Positions 7,602-17,336 of a stretch of DNA of 64,000 nt are shown one piece after another. The notes beneath the pieces are model-generated. The model was given only the letters and a program-made list of their open reading frames with translations. It was not told the origin of the DNA and did not search any database. Every line of letters starts with the position of its first letter. Positions within the stretch are counted from its first letter, which is position 1. The DNA is from a virus (taxonomy: Duplodnaviria > Heunggongvirae > Uroviricota > Caudoviricetes), in the IMG/VR virus record IMGVR_UViG_3300031088_000819; one strand, given 5' to 3'. The translations under genes and the position numbers were made by a program.

Positions 7602-9725
7602 ATGTCTCAGATCACAGCCGCTTTCCGACAGGCAGCACTACGCCGAGGATTCCTCGTTACTCCTCGTAGGACCAAGGGTTCTGTCAACCCTGCCCTCAAG
7701 TTCGCTGCAGCTATTGAGCTCGCCAACCTGGGTTTCATCGTGGATCCCCAGGAACTCGCTGGTGTGGCCGGCAAAGATCTCTCTGCAGTGATCTCAGAGG
7801 CTCGCACTGTCATCGGCGCTGATCGGGACATGGAGCCCATCTACCCGGGCTTCCCCAAGCAGGTGGAGGAGCTCTCCACGCTCACTCTCCTGGTGGAGCA
7901 GATTCTCCACTACTGGACCGGCGGCGCATTCCTGCCGGATTACCCCAAGGAGGTCCGCGAAGGACTGCCCCTCGAGGACATGCTCCGAAACGCCCGTGAG
8001 CTCAAGGTGCTTCCCGCCGCCGATGTTGCCCGGGAGCTGACTAAGGCTCTCGTGCAGTCTCCCGTCGCGATTTCCGATGATGACCGCAACCTTCTCCTCG
8101 AGGGAGCTAAGCTCATCGATTCGAGCACTGTCAGCATCGTAGAGATCGCTTCTGGCGCGGCCAATGGAGAGAATCTCCAGGCCTTCCAGCGAGCGCTCAT
8201 CGCTGCGGGTGTGGCGGACGGAGCTGACGTCTTCCTGGCTCTCGCACCTCAGGTCAAGACCCTGGATCACCTTCTCCGGCTCTTCCTGGGCAGCTTTGCT
8301 CTGCCCTCGGCAGAGAAGTGGCAGAAGAACTTCGAGCAGGCCGTTGGCAATCTCGCAGATCGCCACGCTCGTTCGGTGGCCTTCGGAGCGGTTCCCCGAG
8401 CTGCCCGCAAGGTCTTCGTGGAGCAGACTGGGAAGCTTTCCCGGGGTTTCTTTGCCGACAGCTTCATCGGTCGACAGGGGCTCTGGCGCCGGGCTCTGAA
8501 GGCCGTCCACTCCTTTGAGCTCGCAAAGGACGACGCGGGCCGCAGGGCTCTTGCCATCGTCCACTCCAACGTTGAGTACCAGACGCTCAACTCCCTCATC
8601 GAGTCCGCTAAGGCCCAGCGAGATGTGGCCAAGGCTGTAGCTCTTCTCAAGGAGCACCGTCCCGGTCAGCTGCTTCGAGAGGTCGTTTCTCTGCTCCGGC
8701 TCGTGGATTCCCACGCAGCGGCCATCGAGCTCGCAGAAGCGCTGCGGGCAACTGCAGGCAAGGCCCGCGTGGACACGCTTGTGAGTGCCTACAATGGCAT
8801 TCTGAGCGCCAACGACGAGGGGCCGCGGGTGAACCGCGTTGCGGGTCTCAACAACACCATGCTTGATCGCTCCAACGTGGCCAAGGTGGACGAGGCCCAC
8901 CTCGCCATCGCCCTGGATGCCATCAAGGTTGCCCTGGTGGAGGCCCTGGCTTCCAAGAAGGCCCCCGAGGGTCCTGTGGCTGTGGGTGGAGCTATGGCTC
9001 TGCCTCTGGTGCGCCGGGACGCCTCTACGGCTGACCGCCAGATGAGCCGTGGTGAAAGCTTCGGTCTCGTGGGCGAGGGAGATGTGATCCGCATCTTCGG
9101 CCACTGGAACAACAACATGGGCCGCCACGGCTACATGGACATCGGTGCAGTGCTTCTCGATGGCGACTTCAAGGAGCTGGCTGTGCTCACCTGGGACACA
9201 TGGAACAACCACCGCTCCTGGGGAACCTACTCGGGCGACAAGAACGTGGCTCCCGGAGACTCCGCTGCTGAGTTCTTCGATCTGAAGCTGGCGGAAATCC
9301 GCAAGCAGAAGCCCGAGGCCAAGTGGATCGCTATGACGGTTCAGTCCTGGTCGGGATTCCCCATCGATGATGTGGACTTCATCGCTGGAGCTATGCTCCG
9401 GTCGAAGGATGGAGTTCAGAAGGGCGAGGTCTTCGACGCTCGGGCGGTCACTACCGCTTTCCACCCCACTACGAAGTCTCTCCAGGCCGTCCCCTTCGCA
9501 GTGGATCTCGAAGAGGGTAAGTTCGTTTGGGTGGATAGCTCCAACGGCTCCACAGAGACCGGAGTTTCTTCCTCCAGGGACAGCTCCATTGGGGCAATCG
9601 TCTACGATGAGATCTCCCGGCCTCGGCTCACTGTCGGAAAGTTCGCGGCGCTCTGGGCCCAGGCCCACGGCGCTGAGACCACCGAGGCAGAGGCCGACGT
9701 GGAGCTGCTCACAGGGCTGCTCTAA
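7602..9725 (+). CDS. large protein (707 aa) with a C-terminal TerD-like domain
   Basis: The C-terminal ~200 aa (DIGAVLLDGDF ... YSGDKNVAPGDSAAEFFDLKL ... IAMTVQSW) match the TerD/TerE beta-sandwich with its GDN-type calcium motif. The N-terminal ~480 aa are alpha-helical and unrecognised. Confidence 0.7.
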   Translation: MSQITAAFRQAALRRGFLVTPRRTKGSVNPALKFAAAIELANLGFIVDPQELAGVAGKDLSAVISEARTVIGADRDMEPIYPGFPKQVEELSTLTLLVEQILHYWTGGAFLPDYPKEVREGLPLEDMLRNARELKVLPAADVARELTKALVQSPVAISDDDRNLLLEGAKLIDSSTVSIVEIASGAANGENLQAFQRALIAAGVADGADVFLALAPQVKTLDHLLRLFLGSFALPSAEKWQKNFEQAVGNLADRHARSVAFGAVPRAARKVFVEQTGKLSRGFFADSFIGRQGLWRRALKAVHSFELAKDDAGRRALAIVHSNVEYQTLNSLIESAKAQRDVAKAVALLKEHRPGQLLREVVSLLRLVDSHAAAIELAEALRATAGKARVDTLVSAYNGILSANDEGPRVNRVAGLNNTMLDRSNVAKVDEAHLAIALDAIKVALVEALASKKAPEGPVAVGGAMALPLVRRDASTADRQMSRGESFGLVGEGDVIRIFGHWNNNMGRHGYMDIGAVLLDGDFKELAVLTWDTWNNHRSWGTYSGDKNVAPGDSAAEFFDLKLAEIRKQKPEAKWIAMTVQSWSGFPIDDVDFIAGAMLRSKDGVQKGEVFDARAVTTAFHPTTKSLQAVPFAVDLEEGKFVWVDSSNGSTETGVSSSRDSSIGAIVYDEISRPRLTVGKFAALWAQAHGAETTEAEADVELLTGLL

Positions 9726-9746
9726 GCTCTAGGCAGCTGCCTCCAG

Positions 9747-9781
9747 GTGGAGCCCCGCACCGCGGGGCTCCACCTTTCCAT
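9747..9781 (+). terminator. intrinsic terminator
   Basis: GGTGGAGCCCCGC acc GCGGGGCTCCACC stem followed by TTTCC. Confidence 0.65.
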
Positions 9782-9788
9782 TGGCCGG

Positions 9789-9923
9789 CTTTTGCTCTAG
9801 ATTCGCGTCTGTCGCATCATCATGCGAAGCGCATAGTATCCAACAGCTCTTGGTCTTAGAGCGTGGAGATTCGATCTAGAGATGCACTGAGAGGGCCGCT
9901 CTAGCGATGGCGTTGAGATCGTG
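9789..9923 (+). repeat. copy B of the ~130 bp intergenic element
   Basis: About 98% identical to copy A. Confidence 0.8.
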
Positions 9924-10025
9924 TTTCCCTGCTAGCGATAGCCAGCAGAAAACGGGTTTAGAGCAACCGTTGCTTGAACTTTCCCCCTGGTGTACTATCT
10001 TATTACACTAACCGTAAGGATCACC

Positions 10026-10475
10026 GTGCTTCAGCTTCATCTCATCATCGTGCCCCTGGTCTTTGCTGCGCTGCTGGCGGCCACCATTTTCTTCCACTCC
10101 AAGGCTCGCAAGAAGAGCCTCGAATCAGGTAAGGAATACACGGATTCAATCCATGCCCTTTTTGGCTTTATGGGTATGGTTTTCAGCGCTATCATGGGGA
10201 TCGCTATTCTGATTTCCCTCATCCCCTTCCAGCCGAAGTTCTGGTTCGTCCACAGCGAGGCAGGAACCATCACGGAGATCGATTCCCGCAGCGCCTCCGA
10301 CGGCAGCAACCTCATCACCGACTTCGCTATCAAGCTGGACAGCGTGGAAGATGTGCTGATTTCAAATGATCCCCGCTTCCTTCAGGTCGAAAAGGGCGAT
10401 TCGGTGGATCTCATCTGCACATGGGAATGGGTTCCCTACGGCAAGGATATCTACAACTGCCAGCTCGGAGGCTAA
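10026..10475 (+). CDS. membrane protein
   Basis: GTG start with SD AAGGA 6 nt upstream. N-terminal TM helix plus a second helix. Confidence 0.5.
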   Translation: MLQLHLIIVPLVFAALLAATIFFHSKARKKSLESGKEYTDSIHALFGFMGMVFSAIMGIAILISLIPFQPKFWFVHSEAGTITEIDSRSASDGSNLITDFAIKLDSVEDVLISNDPRFLQVEKGDSVDLICTWEWVPYGKDIYNCQLGG

Positions 10476-10488
10476 GGTAAACTTCCCA

Positions 10489-10521
10489 GGGGGCCGAGAG
10501 AATATCTCGGCCCCCTTTTTG
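10489..10521 (+). terminator. intrinsic terminator
   Basis: GGGGGCCGAGAG aatat CTCGGCCCCC stem followed by TTTTT. Confidence 0.75.
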
Positions 10522-10569
10522 GCCCATTAGAGCCCAGTTGAAGCACCCGTTGAAAAATGGGAATCTATC

Positions 10570-11031
10570 ATGTATGGTTTAACTATGACCACAAGCTTTG
10601 AGAGCCGACTGATGGTTTCCAAGGGATCCTTCGTTGCCCTGGAGGTCCCCGTCGAAGCCGTGGAGAGCTACAGCCCTAGTCTTCGGAGGGAACTCGGCAG
10701 CCGCTACGATCAGCTGGTCGCCAACAGAGATGCCCGTTCGGGAGCTGGAAGCTACCACATGACTGTGATCAAGCCCCGCGAGTTCCGCCAGCTCAGGAAG
10801 AGCCACGGGGCACTGGAGCTTCCCTCGGGGCACTTCCGGGTTGTGGTCCACGGAGTGGGCACCGTTTCCGACGATAGCTCACAGACTTGGTATCTCGTGG
10901 CGGACTGCCCGGAGCTCAACCAGTGGCGCCGTAGCCTTGGGCTGCCAGCCCATGATTTCCACATCACGCTCGCCTTCGAAGCCGGAGGGGATGTCCACGG
11001 GCCATCCAAGGGCATCGAGACTCTGCTCTAG
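10570..11031 (+). CDS. 2H phosphoesterase (LigT/Acb1-like fold)
   Basis: Two H-x-T-x motifs (YHMTVI and FHITLA) about 90 aa apart in a 153 aa protein. Confidence 0.55.
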   Translation: MYGLTMTTSFESRLMVSKGSFVALEVPVEAVESYSPSLRRELGSRYDQLVANRDARSGAGSYHMTVIKPREFRQLRKSHGALELPSGHFRVVVHGVGTVSDDSSQTWYLVADCPELNQWRRSLGLPAHDFHITLAFEAGGDVHGPSKGIETLL

Positions 11032-11062
11032 GGCCCAGGTGGATAGGGATTTGGGAGAAGTC

Positions 11063-11368
11063 ATGGATAACGGAGGAAGAGCCATCTCGGGAGAGACCTT
11101 CGAGGACGGAGCCAAAGCTAAGCCCTGGCGGGAAGCAGAGCCTGGCGAGGTCTGGCAGGTGGACTACGTGGATGATCTCTACGCCCGGAGTGGCTTTACT
11201 CACAAGTCAGGACTCCATGAGGTCTATGATGCCAATGGCGGCCAGCGCTACTTCAGCCGGTTGGTGGAAGACCGATCGGGCGGGAATCTGTCAGTTGGCA
11301 ATGAGCTGATCAAGTCAGCAAAGCTCGTGGCTGTTCCATCGGATCATGGCGCTATTCTTGTGGAATAG
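11063..11368 (+). CDS. hypothetical protein
   Basis: SD GGGAGAAG upstream of the ATG. Confidence 0.45.
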   Translation: MDNGGRAISGETFEDGAKAKPWREAEPGEVWQVDYVDDLYARSGFTHKSGLHEVYDANGGQRYFSRLVEDRSGGNLSVGNELIKSAKLVAVPSDHGAILVE

Positions 11369-11406
11369 TTGCGTAGTTCCACCCTGTGGCATATGATTGA
11401 ACTATG
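11369..11406 (+). promoter_or_regulatory. sigma70-like leaderless promoter
   Basis: TTGCGT, N17, TATGAT at 11392-11397, N6, ATG at 11404. Confidence 0.55.
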
Positions 11407-11751
11407 AACGCCACCACCGCAACCCAGATCCTGCCGACTTCCGAGTTCAACCCCAGCCAGCGCCGGCTGGAGGCCCGCATGGAGACCGCCCGCGAGGGTG
11501 TCTATCTCTCCGTCATCACCACCCACACCAATGGCGCCTACTGGAGCCGTCTGGACCGAGTTCAGATCGAAGACGGCATCCTCACCATGAAGATCGACCG
11601 GGCCCGCTTCCAGGACATGGCTCCCGTGAGCCAGCGGAGCCAGGCCACGAAGCGCTATTCCGCAAAGGCTCTCCAGGAGGCCCACGAGAGCTTCCGCGCC
11701 ACCGTGAAGGACCACCTCGCCGTCACTCTGGAGTGGGCCGAGCGCTACTGA
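11404..11751 (+). CDS. hypothetical protein (begins MNATTATQ)
   Basis: Leaderless start. 115 aa. Confidence 0.5.
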   Translation: MNATTATQILPTSEFNPSQRRLEARMETAREGVYLSVITTHTNGAYWSRLDRVQIEDGILTMKIDRARFQDMAPVSQRSQATKRYSAKALQEAHESFRATVKDHLAVTLEWAERY

Positions 11752-11818
11752 CCCAACGGATAGAAGAATCCCTGGCCGTGCAGTTGACGGCCAGGGATTC
11801 TTCGTATAGCGTGGAACT

Positions 11819-12496
11819 ATGAACGCCACCATTCGCACCCGTCTGGCCCGAGCCGCCGCCACTATTGCCGCCGCCGCAGTTGCTTTCGGCATGCTGACGG
11901 CATGTTCAAGCGCTCCCGAGAGCCGTCCCGAGTCCGACCCCCAGGCTGTGGCTTCGGTGTTCGAGGCTCTCGATGGCGCCGATCAGGTCGTGGCCCAGAA
12001 GTCGCCGATCTCCTTTGGTGACAAGTGGACAATCACGGCCGACGGCCAGGAGATCGGTGAGATCCGCGGCGAGGTGATCTACCTCATCGGTGACACCTAT
12101 ACTCTCTTCGCTCCGGATGGTTCCATTGTGGCCTCCGAGGAAGAGCAGTTCAAGGTCGTAACCCGCAAGGCGAATCTCTACGACAGCACGGGGCAGATCT
12201 ATGGTGCCCTCGACCAGCAGTTCACCCTGTTCATGGCGAAGTATTCGATCCTCGATGGCGAGGGTGTAGCTATTGGAACCGCTGAGCAGAAGCTCAACTG
12301 GACCATGAAGTTCGATGTGATGAGCGCTTCGGGCTCCAAGGACTACCAGATCAGCAAGGCCGCCATCTCGATGGGCTCCAAGGTGACTGTGGATCGGCTC
12401 ACCACTGACACGAAGATCTCCATGCTGGACGCTCTCTGGGTGGCAGTTGTGGCCTCCGAGGTTGAGGACGCTCAGAGCGAGGATTCCAACAGCTAA
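11819..12496 (+). CDS. lipoprotein
   Basis: MNATIRTR ... signal peptide with lipobox LTAC. TATAGC is 6 nt upstream of the ATG. Confidence 0.6.
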   Translation: MNATIRTRLARAAATIAAAAVAFGMLTACSSAPESRPESDPQAVASVFEALDGADQVVAQKSPISFGDKWTITADGQEIGEIRGEVIYLIGDTYTLFAPDGSIVASEEEQFKVVTRKANLYDSTGQIYGALDQQFTLFMAKYSILDGEGVAIGTAEQKLNWTMKFDVMSASGSKDYQISKAAISMGSKVTVDRLTTDTKISMLDALWVAVVASEVEDAQSEDSNS

Positions 12497-12524
12497 TTTG
12501 GTATTTACTACAGGTAGGATATCT

Positions 12525-13271
12525 ATGAGCAACAACAACTCAATCGACAAACAGCCTTGGCTCAAAGTAGCGGATTGGGCAAATTTGCCTAGCTTGGGAG
12601 ATGTGGCAGCTAGGGCCATCTCCAATTTTAATGGTGGCCTTCAAGGGCAACCAGCTGGAGCTTTGACCTATGGCAGAGACTCTATAGGAAATGTTCTCAA
12701 CGTTGGTGATCTTGTAGCACCACTTTCTTCTGCTAGGAGCCTCGCTCGCGTCACTAAAATTGTGCCTCATTTCCAGCGCAATTCCCATTGGCGGCAGCGC
12801 TTTGGAGGTCGAACAGATCCTCTAGGCAGCGTAGAGCTCACTAGCAAACTCTACGTTTCGCTTCTAAGCGGAGAAGTTTTCATGGCCACAGATCAGCCCA
12901 TTGAGCACTTCAACAATTTGTACCACTACAAGCGCCATGATGTGGATGACTCTTCCTTCGAGCTCTGGGAAGTGGATCCCACATGGAAGCTCGGTGCTTT
13001 CGTGGGTGGCTACTGTGAAGAAATGACCACCTATAACGATGACTATGCAACAGTTTCATCGCCCTTGGCGAAGGAATTTGCTATTCTGAATCTCTATGGC
13101 TCTAAAATCACAGCTAAATCTATTGTGCCATCGGAGCTTGGTAAATTTTCCTCTACCAGCTCTCAATCTAGCACCTATCTCAGCTGCGAGGGAGCGCTAC
13201 AGCCAAATGAGCTGGAACTTCGACAGCTCTCCATGTCAGTGCCGCTAGTGGGCAACAAACGGCCGATCTAG
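12525..13271 (+). CDS. hypothetical protein
   Basis: TAGGAT immediately upstream of the ATG. 248 aa. Somewhat lower GC than the neighbours. Confidence 0.5.
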   Translation: MSNNNSIDKQPWLKVADWANLPSLGDVAARAISNFNGGLQGQPAGALTYGRDSIGNVLNVGDLVAPLSSARSLARVTKIVPHFQRNSHWRQRFGGRTDPLGSVELTSKLYVSLLSGEVFMATDQPIEHFNNLYHYKRHDVDDSSFELWEVDPTWKLGAFVGGYCEEMTTYNDDYATVSSPLAKEFAILNLYGSKITAKSIVPSELGKFSSTSSQSSTYLSCEGALQPNELELRQLSMSVPLVGNKRPI

Positions 13272-13404
13272 CGCCCTCAAGGCATCCTGAAGCGAAGAAA
13301 AGTTCAAAGCGCATTCATCCTGTGATTTTGCCTTTGTAGTCGCTTAGATCGATGTCTAGCGTGTTAATTTGCCCACAGACTCTAAAGGACGTAGCGTAGG
13401 AACC

Positions 13405-14037
13405 ATGACCAATCTCACACTTTCCCACGGCGAGCTCGTGCTGAAGAACCGAGTCGCAGCCAGTGCCTTCCTTCTGGAGGCCATTGAGAAGACCGGCGGC
13501 AACCGCAAGTTCTCGGGCACCATCGCAGAGCTGGAGCAGATCGCTGAGGTCAATCTCGACAGCTGGGAGCCCGGCACGGGTGCCGTTGATGGAGACGTGC
13601 GGCTACTTCAGGTGCCCACCGAGGGGTTCCTCACGGACATTGTGGAAATCACCGAAGCCAATCGGGATCGACTCGAGGTGAGCTTCAATGCCCGTCGAGA
13701 TGGGGAAGCTCCTGTGCCCACTATCTTCATCCGTGGTGGCGAGCCATCGGCCGCGGCCCGTGTTCAGCTCGTTGTCTATCGGGCCGATGTTCTTGCACGG
13801 GACGAGGACCGCTCTTCGGAAGCCGAGTGGGAAATCGTCGCTATTCTGGCAGACCCCGAGCTCCCCGAGGGGCTTACGATGGTACCCATGAACCCCCACA
13901 CCATGGCTCGCAATGCTGCCCACGCGAAGGGCGGCACCCTGCGGAGCTACACCAACGAGGAGTGGTTCCAAGCGGTGAACTTCTGGGCTAACCACGCTCG
14001 TGTGGTTCCCCTGGATGAGGAGCCCGAAGTTGGCTGA
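13405..14037 (+). CDS. hypothetical protein
   Basis: TAGCGT, N7, ATG. 210 aa. Confidence 0.5.
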   Translation: MTNLTLSHGELVLKNRVAASAFLLEAIEKTGGNRKFSGTIAELEQIAEVNLDSWEPGTGAVDGDVRLLQVPTEGFLTDIVEITEANRDRLEVSFNARRDGEAPVPTIFIRGGEPSAAARVQLVVYRADVLARDEDRSSEAEWEIVAILADPELPEGLTMVPMNPHTMARNAAHAKGGTLRSYTNEEWFQAVNFWANHARVVPLDEEPEVG

Positions 14038-14464
14038 TTATCTAAAAAGCCCACTAGCGGTCGCTAAGGCGGTGAAGCCAAAGGTTCAGCACCAAAGCTC
14101 CTCCTATGCCGATTCTGAAGCGGAATCGGAGTGGTCTCCTCAGGAGCGGCTAGCCCGTGAGCTCTGGGACGCCTTGTTGTATAGATCACACAAAAAGATT
14201 CCAGATCACTACGATTCCGTGCGCATTGGCGACAAAGTGATAGTTCGCAGCGCTACCCGAGAGGGTGGCTCAATCCTCGTGGGCGCCGATCTCACTGTGC
14301 TCTACTACGGCAAGTACCTCTCCGACCAGCGGGCGATAGAAGCCTTCGACGCGGGTAGAAGAACTCCGCTGAAAAAGTTTGGTCACCATTTTGCTAAGAT
14401 GGAGCCACAAGCCAATCACCAACCAAGGAAAGAGGCCACCAATGTCCCACGCTCTAACCGATAA
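14000..14464 (+). CDS. hypothetical protein (start uncertain)
   Basis: ORF from the track. Overlaps the upstream gene. A TTG start near 14029 is possible. Confidence 0.3.
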   Translation: MWFPWMRSPKLADYLKSPLAVAKAVKPKVQHQSSSYADSEAESEWSPQERLARELWDALLYRSHKKIPDHYDSVRIGDKVIVRSATREGGSILVGADLTVLYYGKYLSDQRAIEAFDAGRRTPLKKFGHHFAKMEPQANHQPRKEATNVPRSNR

Positions 14465-15281
14465 ACAGATTTCCGCATTAGACGCTCTAGAGGTTAGGCT
14501 TGGAGATCTTGGAACTCTGATCCCCCTTTCTGCAACTGGCGGCTTCATTGCTATCTTCGATGTTGCCTCCATCAACAGCACTCTCTTCTTGGAGATCGAT
14601 GAGGAGGCGCAGCTGCTGAAGCTCACCGAGCAGTCTGCCCACACTAACTGGAAGAGCTGGGAGTTCGAGCCCGAAAGCGCCTGTTTTAGGGCTGTGAAAG
14701 CCATCATCGATGGCACTCATGGATCCATTCCCTTCAAGGAGCTCGTAGGGAAGATCTTCGAGGAGGATCTCGCTGGAGCCAATAGCGAAGATCGGGACGA
14801 GCTCGCACAGAAGTTCCTCGATGAGCTCACGAGCTTCGGTTTTGGCCTTGTAGACAAGCTCTATGAAGCTGGCGACAGGCTCAGCAGCTGGGTAGAGGAG
14901 TTCGCAGAGGGCTTCGAGGGCAAGCTTGCGGAAGAAGGCAGCGAGGAAGCGGCTGAGAAGGAACCTCAGGAGTCTTCAGATAGAGCCGATGGAGCTAACT
15001 CCGGAGACTCCACCTCCGAAGAGAAGATCATTGAGTTCCTTTTGGGTGATGGATTTGTGGGTGGTAGCTGTTGCGGAAACGGCTGCTGTGCAGCTGCCGA
15101 GGAGGGCACCGATGAAGAGGCGAGCGAGCCCAGCTCTAAGCTGAAGAGCTCTGTGCAGGACTTCCTCAATGAGGCCTTCAAATCATTTCCCCAGGTTCCT
15201 GGAGTAAGCAATGTGAGCAAAGATTCTCGGGAATCTGTAGCTAAGCTCATCGACCTCCTTGGCTCTAAGCGCAGGGGCTAA
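14442..15281 (+). CDS. acidic protein with a C-terminal Cys cluster (GGSCCGNGCC)
   Basis: SD AGGAAAGAGG upstream of the ATG. 279 aa. Confidence 0.5.
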   Translation: MSHALTDKQISALDALEVRLGDLGTLIPLSATGGFIAIFDVASINSTLFLEIDEEAQLLKLTEQSAHTNWKSWEFEPESACFRAVKAIIDGTHGSIPFKELVGKIFEEDLAGANSEDRDELAQKFLDELTSFGFGLVDKLYEAGDRLSSWVEEFAEGFEGKLAEEGSEEAAEKEPQESSDRADGANSGDSTSEEKIIEFLLGDGFVGGSCCGNGCCAAAEEGTDEEASEPSSKLKSSVQDFLNEAFKSFPQVPGVSNVSKDSRESVAKLIDLLGSKRRG

Positions 15282-15747
15282 AAATCCGACTAGGTTGAGG
15301 GGCTTCCATGGTGGCCTTTCTACTGACAGGCCGCCGCTGGAAGCTCTTCCCCTAGATTCCAAAGAAAAGCAGATAAACGCACTACGACAGCAGCCCAGAT
15401 GGGCTGGAAGAACTACTGGAAGAAGCTGGAAGCGTGAAATCCGTTGCCGTCTACAAGGACAAGGATGGTAGGCTCCTTGAGCTCACCTCTCTCCTAGAAC
15501 CTCGGAATGGGGGTCTAGTCCACGAGCTATCCCTGAAGCGAAAGCGCCGCTGGGCTGGAGCCTGGCTGCTCGAATCGGCCGTCCACAAGAAAAGCAGCTC
15601 CTGGGAGTCGAGCCTTCTCCAGCTCATGGTGGTTAGTGAGAAGAGGGAGCTCCTTGGTCGCCACGGCGTGGAGCTTCCCGAGTGGGGTCTCCCGCCCCAG
15701 GTCAGCTAGCAGTTGCCCAAATCTCTACTGCAGGATATGATGGAACT

Positions 15748-15996
15748 ATGACTACTTCAGCAACCCTCACGAAGCCCGAGGCCGATTTCGCAGCTCCCGC
15801 CCGGCAGCTCCCGGACGGCCGAGGTCCGCTCACCAATCAGGACCGCTGCGACAGCTGCGGCGCTCAGGCCTACCTCGCAGCAGTTGTCAATGGCACGGAG
15901 CTGCTCTTCTGCGGCCACCACGCGAACAAGGGCGAAAGCCGACTTATCCAGCTGGCCACGAGCTGGCACGACGAGAGGGCGAAGCTCTATGGCTGA
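15748..15996 (+). CDS. small Cys/His protein
   Basis: TATGAT, N6, ATG. Contains CDSCG ... FCGHH. Confidence 0.5.
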   Translation: MTTSATLTKPEADFAAPARQLPDGRGPLTNQDRCDSCGAQAYLAAVVNGTELLFCGHHANKGESRLIQLATSWHDERAKLYG

Positions 15997-16270
15997 CTCC
16001 GATAGTGCCAATGAGGCGGCGGTCGACTACATCGAAGCCAAGCTAGCAGAGCTTGAAGCTAGCAAGGCCCACTCTGACGAGTGGCATGAGGGCCACGCTA
16101 TTGGCTATCAGGCCTCTCTGGAAGACACCTACGAGTGGGCCCAGGAGCTGGAGACCGACTGGTCGATGCTGGGAGGCTACACGGCCGAGGAGCTCGTGGC
16201 TTTCCGAAAGTTTTTGGAGGAGCTTCGGATCAGGACTTTCTACGTGCCACGGGAGACGACAGATGATTGA
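15989..16270 (+). CDS. hypothetical protein
   Basis: Start overlaps the upstream stop (ATGGCTGA). Confidence 0.45.
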   Translation: MADSDSANEAAVDYIEAKLAELEASKAHSDEWHEGHAIGYQASLEDTYEWAQELETDWSMLGGYTAEELVAFRKFLEELRIRTFYVPRETTDD

Positions 16271-16309
16271 TTTTGAAGAGCTGAAGCGGCGAACTCCAGA
16301 GGAGGGGCG

Positions 16310-16732
16310 ATGAGCTGGATTCCTTTCCACGAGCAATCCGAAGCCCAGAGGTTCTTCCTGGACATCTACGATGGCCGCACTATGAGGGCTCGCGTGGATT
16401 CCCTGCTGGGAGATCTCCGCCATTTCAACAGCTGGACCTTTGCTTCGGTGGATCTTCCAGCCTACAACGCCAAGGCGCAGGACTGGATGGAGCGCTACAT
16501 CCTTGCCCTCGTCGGCAGGATCCATAGGTCCAGCGGTGACGATCAGACGGACTATAGCCAGTGGGGCATGGATGAGCTCCGGGAGCACTTCGGTAGTCTA
16601 CCAGTGCTCGATTACGGGCTGAGCTGGTGGCAGCTGAAGGAAAGCTGGGAGAGCCAGGAGGCGAATATGCTCTGGCGCACAGCGGAGCTCCTAGAAGCGC
16701 TGTCGGAATCCACAAAGCCCGAGGCCTCTTAG
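16310..16732 (+). CDS. hypothetical protein
   Basis: SD GGAGG 7 nt upstream of the ATG. Confidence 0.5.
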   Translation: MSWIPFHEQSEAQRFFLDIYDGRTMRARVDSLLGDLRHFNSWTFASVDLPAYNAKAQDWMERYILALVGRIHRSSGDDQTDYSQWGMDELREHFGSLPVLDYGLSWWQLKESWESQEANMLWRTAELLEALSESTKPEAS

Positions 16733-16795
16733 GATACCTTCTGGTCAACCGAGATATACCTGTTGTTCATTGGTTACAAAAAGTAGCCACTAGCT

Positions 16796-17263
16796 TTGGA
16801 GGTCGCCATGTTTGCAGACAGGGTTGTGGCCACCTACGGCACCTTTGATCTTTTCCACGAAGGACATCTAAATCTCCTTAGGAGAGCTAGAGAGCTCGCC
16901 GGTGGCATGGGCCGGGGCATGCTCTTTGTGGGCGTGTCCACCGATGAGTTCAACGCCACCAAGGGCAAGAAAGCGGTGGAATCCTTTCGGCAGCGGAAGC
17001 TAGCTGTGGAGCGAAGCGGCTTAGCTTCCGTGGTTTTCGCCGAGAAGAACTGGGAGCAGAAACCCCGGGACTTCCGGAGATTCGGCGTGGAGCTGCTTGT
17101 GATGGGTAGCGACCACGAAACCAATCCGAAATTCACCCATCTCGAAGACCAGACTGGCGTTCCCGTGCTCTTCCTTCCCCGCACGCCAGAAATCAGCAGC
17201 AGCCTGCTCCGTTCGCGGCTCTTGGATGCCCGCTTTGAGTCAGGGCTCCCCACGCTAGCTTAG
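16796..17263 (+). CDS. cytidylyltransferase-fold nucleotidyltransferase (TagD/NMNAT-like)
   Basis: GTFDLFHEGH (HxGH motif), GVSTDEF, EKNWEQK and LPRTPEISSS align along the glycerol-3-phosphate cytidylyltransferase family. SD GGAGG upstream. Confidence 0.75.
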   Translation: MEVAMFADRVVATYGTFDLFHEGHLNLLRRARELAGGMGRGMLFVGVSTDEFNATKGKKAVESFRQRKLAVERSGLASVVFAEKNWEQKPRDFRRFGVELLVMGSDHETNPKFTHLEDQTGVPVLFLPRTPEISSSLLRSRLLDARFESGLPTLA

Positions 17264-17336
17264 GATAAGTTAGATATAGTGATGCTATGGATCATGAAGA
17301 AAAGCACCACTCCAGCGACCAAGGAACAGCAAGCTG

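Noticed and set aside
7794-9668. 624 aa minus-strand ORF, plus other long minus-strand ORFs such as 61752-63095, 17655-18746, 32676-33662, 11906-12625 and 3752-4399
   Set aside because: Each lies entirely antisense to a + strand gene with clear domain matches (TerD, PncB, RNase H, vWA, lipoprotein, META), a consistent promoter or SD signal and GC3 bias. Long antisense ORFs are expected in GC-rich coding DNA, and their translations are low-complexity Arg/Ser/Pro/Gly-rich.
9905-10010. Short ORF starting at the ATG inside repeat copy B
   Set aside because: Different frame from the downstream gene, and the ATG is absent in copies C and D. Likely incidental.
16053-16313. Alternative-frame + strand ORF overlapping 15989-16270
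   Set aside because: No start signal. It overlaps a gene that has translational coupling and better codon bias.
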